From positions 2,500-66,499 of the forward strand of contig REDH01000113.1 in the NCBI GenBank assembly GCA_007693585.1: 64,000 nt of DNA, written 5' to 3'. The notes beneath the pieces are model-generated. The model saw only the letters and a program-made list of their open reading frames with translations. It was not told the DNA's origin and ran no database searches. The first letter of the stretch is position 1; each line of letters opens with the position of its first letter. Below are positions 56,787 through 64,000 of this stretch, piece by piece. The translations under genes were made by a program, and so were the position numbers. Origin of the DNA: Deltaproteobacteria bacterium (GTDB lineage: Bacteria > Myxococcota_A > Bradymonadia > REDH01).

Positions 56787-58903
56787 GGTCCGACCTCGGC
56801 GCGCGATTCGGGGGCGGCGCCCTGTGGAGAGTCATGGTCTCCGGTGAGCAGCAGCACGAGGGTGCCGGGTTCGGGGGTGCGCTCGCCGGGGGGGGGCTGC
56901 TGGGAGGCGACGCGCCCGGCTCCCTCGAGCTCGACATCCCACCCCTCGTCGGTGGCCCGCGCGACGGCCTGCCAGGCGGGCAGCCCCAGAAGATCGGGCA
57001 CTCGCATGCTTCCGCGGGGTCGCGGTGCGTCGAACACCACCGGCCCCTGCCCCTCGGCGAGCTGGTCGAGCACGTCGGCATCCGAGGGGGCGGGCTGGTC
57101 GGGAGGCTCGGCGGTGCCGGCAATGGCGCCGTCCCGGCTGGGGGGCCGGCCGGCGGCCGACGGATCGGCGGCAGGGGGGTCGGGAAAGACACCGAGGGTC
57201 CGGAGCGCCTCGGCCGTCACGCGACTGAACAGCGGGGCGGCGACCACACCGCCGAAGTATCCGATGTCGCGGTTGGGTCTGAGGATCTGGACGGTCACGA
57301 CCACCTCGGGGGATTCGGCGGGGGCAAATCCGGCGAAGGATGCGAGTACGTCCTCCTCATACTGTCCGGTCTCGGGGTTGAACAGCTCGCCGGTGCCCGT
57401 CTTTCCGGCCACGGCGAACCCCGGAATGGCGGCGCGGACGCCGGTGCCGTCGCCGCGGGTCGCGGCGATCAACGTGCGGGTGGTCTGCTCGGCCGCCTCG
57501 CGGGAGACCACGCGTACAGCCGTCTCGGGCCCGAATTCGTGGACAGGCTCCCCGGCGGTGTCGACGACGGACCGAACGAGCCATGGGCGCATGCGAACTC
57601 CACCGTTTGCGATGGCCGCCGTGGCCATGTGAAGCTGCAGGGGCGAGGCGGCGTACCCGTGTCCGAATGCGATGTTGGCGTGTTCGATGTCGCGCCACGG
57701 GGTTCGGCGCAGCAGCCCCGCGGACTCTCCAGGCAGACCCGTTCCGGGCCGCGCACCGAAGCCGAAGTCCACGAGGCCGGCCCGGAAGTCGGCGGCCGGG
57801 ATCTCCATGCCGATGCGGAGCGAGGCGATGTTCGACGACAGCGCCATGGCACGCCACGCCGGCAGAGACGGTTCCCGGCGAATGTCCCTGACCCAGTGAC
57901 CACCCACCCGCAGCCTCCCGTTGGCCGTGTCGATCTCGGTGTCGTGATCGATGATCGAGCGTTCGAAGGCCATCGCGAACGTGAAGGACTTGGCGGTGGA
58001 ACCGGGCTCGTAGACGCGCGCCACCGCGGGATGGAGCCAGGCATCCTGGGGTTCGCGCTGGCCGCGGTTCGGGTCCACCGGCGGCCAGGATGCCATGGCA
58101 AGGATCTCGCCGGTGCCGGGTCGCGACACGATGACGACACCGGACTCGGCCTCGTACTCCGCGACCGTGCGGGCGAGCTCGCGCTCCACATGGCGCTGAA
58201 GGGGGATGTCGAGGGTCAGCACCACCGTGTGGCCGGCGGCGGAGGCCAGATCGGGCGCCTCGTCACGAAGGAAGGGCCGGCGCGAGATGTCCCGCTCCAC
58301 CGTCCAGGACAGCCTGCGGCCCTGAAGATCGGCATCAAAGGTGCGCTCCATGCCGGCCAGCCCCTGCCCGCCGAGGTGCTGGGTAAATCCGACGGTGTGG
58401 CCGGCGAGCGTGCGCTGCGGGTACACCCGTCGGTACTCGGGCATCAGGTAGAGTGCGCTCACGCGCTCGGCCCGCAGGTCGGCCATCAGCTGCTCCGCCT
58501 CGATCGGCGGGACCTGGCGCTCGACGATGAACGAGCGAGGCAGCGACGCGACCTCTGCGGTCGCCCACGCAGCGAGTCGATCCGGATCAAGTCGGCCACG
58601 GCCGGCAACGATCCGCTCCAGAGCGGGAAGACGGTCCCGCTCGTGCAGGAAGAAGTGCCGCGGGTCGAGGATCAGCGAGTAGGCGAGGACGCTCTCCGCC
58701 AGCGGACGCCCATCGCGGTCGACGATTCCTCCCCGCGGCCCCTCGACGTCGACGACGGACACGGTCCGCCAGGCCCCGCGCGCGAGGTGCTCGTCGGCGA
58801 CCGTGACGGAGAGGTACTGGGCGCGAAACGCAACGACGATGAAGCCGGCCAGCATGAACAGCACGACCGTCTGCATGCGCCCTGTGGAAATCCCGCGCCT
58901 CAT
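56783..58903 (-). CDS. ftsI: Division-specific class B penicillin-binding protein (FtsI/PBP3-like) with a C-terminal PASTA-like domain
   Basis: TM anchor plus STAKSF (SxxK), SSN and KTGT motifs. C-terminal VPDLLGLPAWQAVARATDEGWDVELEGAGRVASQQPPPGE..GTLVLLLTG fits the PASTA pattern. Start MRRGIS (58903) overlaps the ftsL stop. Confidence 0.88.
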   Translation of the reverse strand: MRRGISTGRMQTVVLFMLAGFIVVAFRAQYLSVTVADEHLARGAWRTVSVVDVEGPRGGIVDRDGRPLAESVLAYSLILDPRHFFLHERDRLPALERIVAGRGRLDPDRLAAWATAEVASLPRSFIVERQVPPIEAEQLMADLRAERVSALYLMPEYRRVYPQRTLAGHTVGFTQHLGGQGLAGMERTFDADLQGRRLSWTVERDISRRPFLRDEAPDLASAAGHTVVLTLDIPLQRHVERELARTVAEYEAESGVVIVSRPGTGEILAMASWPPVDPNRGQREPQDAWLHPAVARVYEPGSTAKSFTFAMAFERSIIDHDTEIDTANGRLRVGGHWVRDIRREPSLPAWRAMALSSNIASLRIGMEIPAADFRAGLVDFGFGARPGTGLPGESAGLLRRTPWRDIEHANIAFGHGYAASPLQLHMATAAIANGGVRMRPWLVRSVVDTAGEPVHEFGPETAVRVVSREAAEQTTRTLIAATRGDGTGVRAAIPGFAVAGKTGTGELFNPETGQYEEDVLASFAGFAPAESPEVVVTVQILRPNRDIGYFGGVVAAPLFSRVTAEALRTLGVFPDPPAADPSAAGRPPSRDGAIAGTAEPPDQPAPSDADVLDQLAEGQGPVVFDAPRPRGSMRVPDLLGLPAWQAVARATDEGWDVELEGAGRVASQQPPPGERTPEPGTLVLLLTGDHDSPQGAAPESRAEVGP

Positions 58904-59250
58904 GGCTCCCCCATGCGCACGACGCGCTCGGGGGACACGGGTTCGAGCCCGAGCTCCCGTCCGAGCACCGGCAGAGCAGCGTCCCCGATCCGGACCTCCC
59001 GCTCCACCCTGAGCTGCCGTTGCTCCTGCCGGAGTCGGTCGGCCTCGGTCACCTCCACGGCGAGCTGATTGGCCAGACGCCATGCATCGAACTCGCCTCG
59101 CAGGTAGTCGGTCAGTGTCCAGGTGAAGACGGAGAACGACACCACGACGACGATCAGCCAGGCCAGATCGCCGCTTCCGCGCATCCGCCGCTCCACGGTA
59201 CCTGCAGACATCCTGTCGATCCCGCTTTCGTCACGCATGGGCCACCTCAC
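58900..59250 (-). CDS. ftsL: Cell division protein FtsL
   Basis: Small bitopic protein (LAWLIVVVVSFSVFTW) followed by a coiled coil, and C-terminal RIGDAALPVLGRELGLEP. Start is uncertain: candidates at 59250, 59238 or 59211. Confidence 0.6.
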   Translation of the reverse strand: MRWPMRDESGIDRMSAGTVERRMRGSGDLAWLIVVVVSFSVFTWTLTDYLRGEFDAWRLANQLAVEVTEADRLRQEQRQLRVEREVRIGDAALPVLGRELGLEPVSPERVVRMGEP

Positions 59251-60217
59251 CGTTCCGGCTGCGCCGCTCGAGGACGCGAAGCCTGGCGCTCCGCGCGCGG
59301 GGGTTCAGTTCGCACTCGTGCTCGGAGGGCCGAAGCAGCTTGCCGACCTCGTCGAAGTAGACCGGCCTGTCCACCTCCCGAACCGGGAGACCGCGCGGGA
59401 TGGGCGCAGGACGGGACAGGCTCCGGAAGGCGCGCTTGACGAGCCGATCCTCCAGCGAGTGAAAGCTGATGATCGCCAGACGCCCGCCCGGACGCAGCGC
59501 CCCCGGGGCCACATGAAGGAAACGCTCGAGCTCCCCCAGTTCGTCATTGACCGCGATGCGGAGCGCCTGAAACGGGAGCGTCGCCGGGTGGATTCGGGGA
59601 GGGGGACCAGGCCGCCGCAGAATCCGCTCGCACACCCGCGCCAGGTCACCGGTATCCTGCAAGGCCCCCGCCGCCATCTCGTCGAGGATGGCGCGCGCCA
59701 GTCGCCGAGACGACTTTACCTCACCGTATTCACGCAGGATACGGGCGAGCTCGCCCTCGTCCACACTCTCCAGGTACTCGCCAAGGGTCTCTCCATCCTC
59801 GCCCATCCGCATGTCGAGCGGCCCCGGACGCTGAAACGAAAAGCCCCTCTCCGGCTCGTCGAGCTGCGGCGAGGAGACCCCCGCATCCAGAACCATGCCG
59901 TCCACACACCAGGCACCGTCGGGATCGCGCTCCCCGAACGCCTCGCGCTCGAGATGAAGAAGCAGATCGCCGAACCTCCCCGGAACGAGCCGAACCCGCC
60001 CAGCCCATGGGGAGAGGCGTGACCGGACGGCATCAAGGGCACGCGGATCGCGGTCAACGGCGAGAAGCGACGCCGACGGCGCCGCACGCAGCAACGCCTC
60101 GCCATGCCCTCCCCCACCGGCCGTCGCATCCACCAGCCATCGCGGCTCGCAGGGACCGGAGAGCAACGCGGACACGATCTCGTCCGACATCACCGTGCGA
60201 TGCGTGAACGCAGCCAT
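59231..60217 (-). CDS. rsmH: 16S rRNA (cytosine1402-N4)-methyltransferase
   Basis: HRTVM, VDATAGGGGH, DAGVSSPQLD, RGFSF, LDMRM, ISFHSLEDR and NPRARSA motifs. Start at MAAFTH (60217). Confidence 0.92.
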   Translation of the reverse strand: MAAFTHRTVMSDEIVSALLSGPCEPRWLVDATAGGGGHGEALLRAAPSASLLAVDRDPRALDAVRSRLSPWAGRVRLVPGRFGDLLLHLEREAFGERDPDGAWCVDGMVLDAGVSSPQLDEPERGFSFQRPGPLDMRMGEDGETLGEYLESVDEGELARILREYGEVKSSRRLARAILDEMAAGALQDTGDLARVCERILRRPGPPPRIHPATLPFQALRIAVNDELGELERFLHVAPGALRPGGRLAIISFHSLEDRLVKRAFRSLSRPAPIPRGLPVREVDRPVYFDEVGKLLRPSEHECELNPRARSARLRVLERRSRNGEVAHA

Positions 60218-60705
60218 CAGCCCCCCTCCACCGCATCCGGACGCACGCGACGCATCCGCTCGCGAATCCCCTGCGCCTGCTCCTCCGAGAGCCGCGCAGT
60301 AAAGCGGCCGGGATCCCACAGTTCGAGCAGCGGGCCGAGACCGACCCAGTAGACCTCCTTCTCGATCCCGGCGTGGGCACGAAGGTCGGACGACAACAAC
60401 AGCCGCCCGGTTCCGTCGAGCTGCAGATCCATCGCCGAGCCGTACACGAAACGACGAAAGTCACTCTCCCCTTCGTCCAGACCGAACAGATCATCCTCGC
60501 CGAAGGCCCGATCGAACCGATCCTGCTGACGTTCCCAGAGGTCCAGCGGGAACACGCGCAGGCAAGGCTCGAACCAGGGAACCACCACAAGCTGGGACGC
60601 GCGCCGCGCCGGATAACGCTCGAACAACACCTCCCGGAACCGGGCCGGCATGCTCGTTCGCCCCTTCGCATCGACCGCGTGTCTTTCGCGCCCGCGGAAG
60701 TGCAT
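60217..60705 (-). CDS. mraZ: Division/cell wall cluster transcriptional regulator MraZ
   Basis: MHFRGRERHAVDAKGRTSMPARFRE, plus a second DGTGRLLLSSDLR SpoVT/AbrB-like repeat. First gene of the dcw cluster. Confidence 0.88.
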   Translation of the reverse strand: MHFRGRERHAVDAKGRTSMPARFREVLFERYPARRASQLVVVPWFEPCLRVFPLDLWERQQDRFDRAFGEDDLFGLDEGESDFRRFVYGSAMDLQLDGTGRLLLSSDLRAHAGIEKEVYWVGLGPLLELWDPGRFTARLSEEQAQGIRERMRRVRPDAVEGG

Positions 60706-60875
60706 GAATTCCCCTTGTCGACCACCGAAGGGCCGATCGTCCGAAAGCCCCGTCACAGCAAACCCTGCTCAGGCAACGAACGCCGGCTCCGACCCTGGGA
60801 AGCGGGAGCAACGATCTCGTCCCTGCGCACGGCATGGCAGTCACTCACGAAGCCATCACGGTTCTGGGGGCCGCG

Positions 60876-60921
60876 TCGACCTCAATCCCACGAAATGGGA
60901 CGAATCACCACCACACGACAC
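60876..60921 (-). promoter_or_regulatory. Proximal array of 10-11-nt-phased GT-initiated pentamers (MraZ-box-like)
   Basis: Minus-strand pentamers GTGTC, GTGGT, GTCCC, GTGGG and GTCGA start at 60921, 60911, 60901, 60891 and 60880. Confidence 0.4.
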
Positions 60922-60922
60922 C

Positions 60923-60952
60923 CTTATCGGCGGAAGACTCTGCCGCTGTCAA
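60923..60952 (-). promoter_or_regulatory. Candidate dcw promoter (Pmra-like): TTGACA-N18-GATAAG on the minus strand
   Basis: Perfect -35 at 60952-60947 and -10-like GATAAG at 60928-60923. Lies about 220 nt upstream of the mraZ ATG and is directly followed by phased GTnnn repeats. Confidence 0.4.
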
Positions 60953-61059
60953 CGACTTTGATCGATCAACCCGTTTCGACAACGCTTCGGAACCCTATGA
61001 ATTCAAGGCTGATCCACAGGGTTGTGCATATACTTATGGAAGAAAGACCTCCCGAATCG

Positions 61060-61084
61060 TCGACAGTTGCCCACCGTTGTCCAC
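61060..61084 (-). promoter_or_regulatory. Distal triple direct repeat GTGGA-N5-GTGGG-N5-GTCGA (MraZ-box-like)
   Basis: Exact 10-nt phasing at 61084, 61074 and 61064 on the minus strand. Shares the GTGGG-N5/6-GTCGACG module with the proximal array. Confidence 0.35.
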
Positions 61085-61436
61085 AGTCCCCGCCCGCCCC
61101 TGTGCACAACAGCGAAGCGCGGTCACTCGGCAAGAATATCCAATCCTTTCAGTGAAGAGCCCTGAACACGCAGCTCGATCAACTCGGTGGTAGAAAGTGG
61201 GAATCGAGGACTCTCCACAAGCCCGAATCCCAACATCCCGGGCAGTGGCCGCCCAATCCACAACACCAGCTCGAACAGGGGCCAACGAGCCCCTGCGAAC
61301 CCGAGGAACAGCACCCGATGCACCTGCGCAAGCAGATGGAACGGCCGAGAAATCGCAGACGGTCAGGACCGGCCCGGCATCGAGGGCGAGCACCGCAGCG
61401 CTCCGGGCGCCGAGTGGAACGGCTCGGACTGCACCG

Positions 61437-61805
61437 TCAGGACAGCAGAGGGGCGAGCAGCAGCGACAGCACAGCGGCCAGCGCAGCGGCGCCCGCCAGC
61501 AGGGCGACGCGGTCCACACGCGTCGCCCTCTGGACATGGCGTTGGGCTTCCAGCAGTTCGCCGAGAACATCCGTGTCGGCGGCTTCAGCTGCTTCCCCCG
61601 CCTGCTGCATCAGCTGTCGGGATCCGGCGGCGTTGCCAGCGAGAAGGAGGACCTGGGACGCAAGCACGCGCACCGCGACCTCGTCCAGTTCGTGCGACCC
61701 TGCCCTCACCGCGGCGGGGCTGGTCGACGGTACCGCGGACTCGTCGACACGGCTCACGGCCAGCCTCGTGCATCGCGCAGTGAACCCGCCGCGCGGGTTG
61801 GCCAT
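61437..61805 (-). CDS. Hypothetical protein with a C-terminal hydrophobic anchor (weak call)
   Basis: Ends in VALLAGAAALAAVLSLLLAPLLS. The opposite-strand frames are Arg-rich junk. No motif recognised and the start is uncertain. Confidence 0.3.
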   Translation of the reverse strand: MANPRGGFTARCTRLAVSRVDESAVPSTSPAAVRAGSHELDEVAVRVLASQVLLLAGNAAGSRQLMQQAGEAAEAADTDVLGELLEAQRHVQRATRVDRVALLAGAAALAAVLSLLLAPLLS

Positions 61806-61886
61806 GCGGGGCGATGAACGGCCCGGGGCCGCAGTCCACCTGCGCGACGATTCCACGGGCCCCGCCGACCCGGAATGCGCGTCGGC

Positions 61887-62066
61887 TCAGTACCGAATGT
61901 ACTGGGGCAGCACACGGAACTTCTTGTTGGGGCCGTAGCTGACCTCGACCGTCTCCGACATGGGCACCATCTTCTTGGAGATGTAGCACATGATCAGTTC
62001 CTGCGAGGCAGCCTCGGCGGTCTCTTCGGGCGTATCGGTCGTCGTCTCGGCAATCTCTTCGTTCAT
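61887..62066 (-). CDS. Small hypothetical protein (59 aa)
   Basis: MNEEIAETTTDTPEETAEAASQELIMCYISKKMVPMSETVEVSYGPNKKFRVLPQYIRY. Non-biased, Lys-containing composition in a locally lower-GC stretch, unlike shadow ORFs. Confidence 0.4.
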   Translation of the reverse strand: MNEEIAETTTDTPEETAEAASQELIMCYISKKMVPMSETVEVSYGPNKKFRVLPQYIRY

Positions 62067-62150
62067 GATCACTGCTCTGGAGTCGGGAACGGGCGTGGAC
62101 CCGGGCGCGGGAGGGTCTGTCATGACCGCCAGCGCGTCAAGCCCGAAGTG

Positions 62151-63944
62151 TCAGTCGTAGGTCCCGATGAACTGGAAGTCGTTGGGGTTGAAGTACTCGG
62201 AGCTGGCCACAGCGGCGAAGCCGTCGGACGCACCGCCGGACACGAGGACGAGGTGGTTGCTCAGCACCACGGACGGCGCAAAGGCCCGCGTGACGCGGAG
62301 GGTCGGGGAGACCTCGATGGCGTAATTCGCTTCTCGCGTTCGGCGCAGGCGCACCGCTCCATCGATCGGATCGCCTCCCGCACCCAGGCCACCGGCCACC
62401 AGAACGTCACGCGTCAGGGGAAGCAGAGTCACGGTGGGAAAGCCGGCCGCGACGTCCGCCGGCAGGCGCTGTTCGGCAGCGGGGTCGAAAACGAGCTGCC
62501 GCGACACGGTGTCCAGACGAAGCGTCTCGATGTTCCGTGCGGGCGACTCGCCGAGGAGAATGTCGATCCGGCCATCCACTCCGGACGGGCCCTCGCGGAA
62601 GCCGCCGATGACGAGCATGTCCTGGACGGGACTGTTCGGCTCGAAGGCGCCCAGGGTCAGGGAGGCGTGCCCGTAGCGTCCGGTGCCCATCGGAAGGAGC
62701 CCCACCGCCGCATCCCGCTCGAGCATCCCGTCTCGAAGAAAGAAGACCTCGGCGGTATCTCGCACGGCGGCATTGCTGCTGATTCCACCCGACACCACCA
62801 GCCCAACCCCCTCGAAGTCGAGGAAGCTCGCCGCATGCAGCGCACGACCCTGCTCGAGTTCCACCCCGGACGGCTGGACCTCCAGGGTGGTCCCCGGGAG
62901 CAGCTCATCGATGGGACGGGTCAGCTCCGTGCTGCCGAGCGACTGAAGACTCGTGGTGTAGTTCTGCGAGAAGCCCCCCACGAACACCACCCGCCCGTCG
63001 CTCATCCGGGTCGCGGTGTGGAAGAATCGCGGCAGGCTCAATCCTGTCGCAAGCGTCTCGATCTCGCCTTCGAATCGCTCCGGGAACACCCGCAGAACCT
63101 CGACGCTGGACAGCCCGCGGAACCCGTCTCCGTCGGGGGTCAGGCCGCCCGCGATGACGATTCGGCCGTCATCCAGCCGCGTGGCCGTGTGGAAAGCCCT
63201 CGGGGTCGAAAGACGCAGCTGACACTCCTCGAAGCTCCCCTGGCAACCCCGGATGGCGAGCGGATAGTAGAGCCCTGTCTCCTCCTCGTAGTACTCGATG
63301 GCTCCCGACACGCCGTCGAGGATGGTACGGCCCGCGCCGTCCCCGGGAGGAACGACCCCTGCTCCGCCGATCGCCACGGCACCGTTCGCGTCCTCGATCC
63401 GCGTCAGCGTGTGCCCTGCACGCGCAGAACCGAAGAAATCCGACTGCACGATCTCCTCGCCAGGCAGGGCGTCCAGGTCGAATCCGAAGGCCAGCGTGAA
63501 GCGGTCGGGGCGCGTGGTGAGAATCCGCTGGGCACCGGCCGACGACGTGGCGGACAACCGGAAGCGCGGCGTGGCCCCGGTCGCCAGAACGCGCTCGACA
63601 CCATCCTCGATCACGTAGGCCTCGACGGTCATCTGCAGGCGGTTGCCGAACCCGAACGATGGAATGCTGGGCGCACTTCCCGCCGCGTAGCTTCGATTGA
63701 CCTCGGTCAGCCGGGTCCCTCCCTCGAAGGCGCGAATGCGCACGATGCCCCCACTCTCGAGCGCGTTGAGCGCAGTGCATGGAAACCCGCTGAAGCAGTT
63801 GCTCGGGTGCGGAGGGCGAACCAGTTCAACCTCGAGAGAGACACTGTCCTCGCTCCCGCAGGCCGCGAGACCGAGGAGAGCGAACGAGAGCACCGGGAGC
63901 AGCGACCATCGGGCGCGCACGGGAATCTTCATGATCTTGGCCAT
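62151..63944 (-). CDS. Kelch-repeat (beta-propeller) lipoprotein
   Basis: Lipobox LGLAACG. Repeated FHTATRL.DGRIVIAGG-type Kelch motifs. Start at MAKIMKIP (63944) or MKIP (63932). Confidence 0.7.
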   Translation of the reverse strand: MAKIMKIPVRARWSLLPVLSFALLGLAACGSEDSVSLEVELVRPPHPSNCFSGFPCTALNALESGGIVRIRAFEGGTRLTEVNRSYAAGSAPSIPSFGFGNRLQMTVEAYVIEDGVERVLATGATPRFRLSATSSAGAQRILTTRPDRFTLAFGFDLDALPGEEIVQSDFFGSARAGHTLTRIEDANGAVAIGGAGVVPPGDGAGRTILDGVSGAIEYYEEETGLYYPLAIRGCQGSFEECQLRLSTPRAFHTATRLDDGRIVIAGGLTPDGDGFRGLSSVEVLRVFPERFEGEIETLATGLSLPRFFHTATRMSDGRVVFVGGFSQNYTTSLQSLGSTELTRPIDELLPGTTLEVQPSGVELEQGRALHAASFLDFEGVGLVVSGGISSNAAVRDTAEVFFLRDGMLERDAAVGLLPMGTGRYGHASLTLGAFEPNSPVQDMLVIGGFREGPSGVDGRIDILLGESPARNIETLRLDTVSRQLVFDPAAEQRLPADVAAGFPTVTLLPLTRDVLVAGGLGAGGDPIDGAVRLRRTREANYAIEVSPTLRVTRAFAPSVVLSNHLVLVSGGASDGFAAVASSEYFNPNDFQFIGTYD

Positions 63945-64000
63945 CCTTGTGAAACACATGCGCCGCTGACCGCGCGTGCGCGAGACTTGATTCGTCCGGG

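Noticed and set aside
60834-61323. ORFs 60834-61193(+), 61034-61570(-) and 61123-61323(-) in the dcw upstream region
   Set aside because: They have no SD and no recognisable motifs, their composition is atypical for this genome, and they overlap the promoter and operator candidates. I treat the region as non-coding, at low certainty.

Overview
GC-rich bacterial chromosomal window (roughly two-thirds G+C or more by eye, not computed). The many lipobox lipoproteins, Cys-rich repeats and TPR/transglutaminase giants suggest a Myxococcota-like lineage; this is inference only. I support about 50 protein genes. I saw no rRNA, tRNA, CRISPR array, transposase or integrase.

Gene content, left to right:
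- Partial epimerase, then btaA-btaB (betaine-lipid DGTS synthesis).
- A long minus-strand string: S46 peptidase, P-loop ATPase, sbtB/sbtA-like pair, GHL10-like lipoprotein, CXXCH lipoprotein, and two giant translationally coupled DUF3857/transglutaminase-like/DUF3858 paralogs.
- A multi-Ig-like lipoprotein and an orphan two-gene cassette.
- UvrD-family helicase, dapA-dapB, crotonase, rsmE-prmA, glnB-glnA, trxB, plant-type gshA, ansA.
- Kazal-domain lipoprotein, rnhC, a lipoprotein-dus-lipoprotein-ATC-hydrolase-like operon, and a TonB-like protein.
- A compact dcw cluster: mraZ-rsmH-ftsL-ftsI-murE/murF fusion-mraY-ftsW-murG-ddl-ftsQ-ftsA-ftsZ-trmJ-like. It lacks murD, murC and murB.

Most interesting observations:
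1. A ~145-nt non-coding element occurs twice (35826-35970 and 42161-42305). Each copy has the same position and orientation upstream of an unrelated lipoprotein gene, and I cannot assign it to any RNA family I know.
2. In the giant transglutaminase-like pair, only the upstream copy keeps the catalytic Cys.
3. murE and murF are fused into one ORF inside a dcw cluster stripped of murD/murC/murB.
4. Phased GTGGN direct repeats (MraZ-box-like) sit next to a TTGACA-N18-GATAAG promoter upstream of mraZ.
5. A small TPR-like protein is paired with a low-complexity protein that ends in a W-x-G helical hairpin.

All homology calls come from motif recognition by eye. No database search was run.
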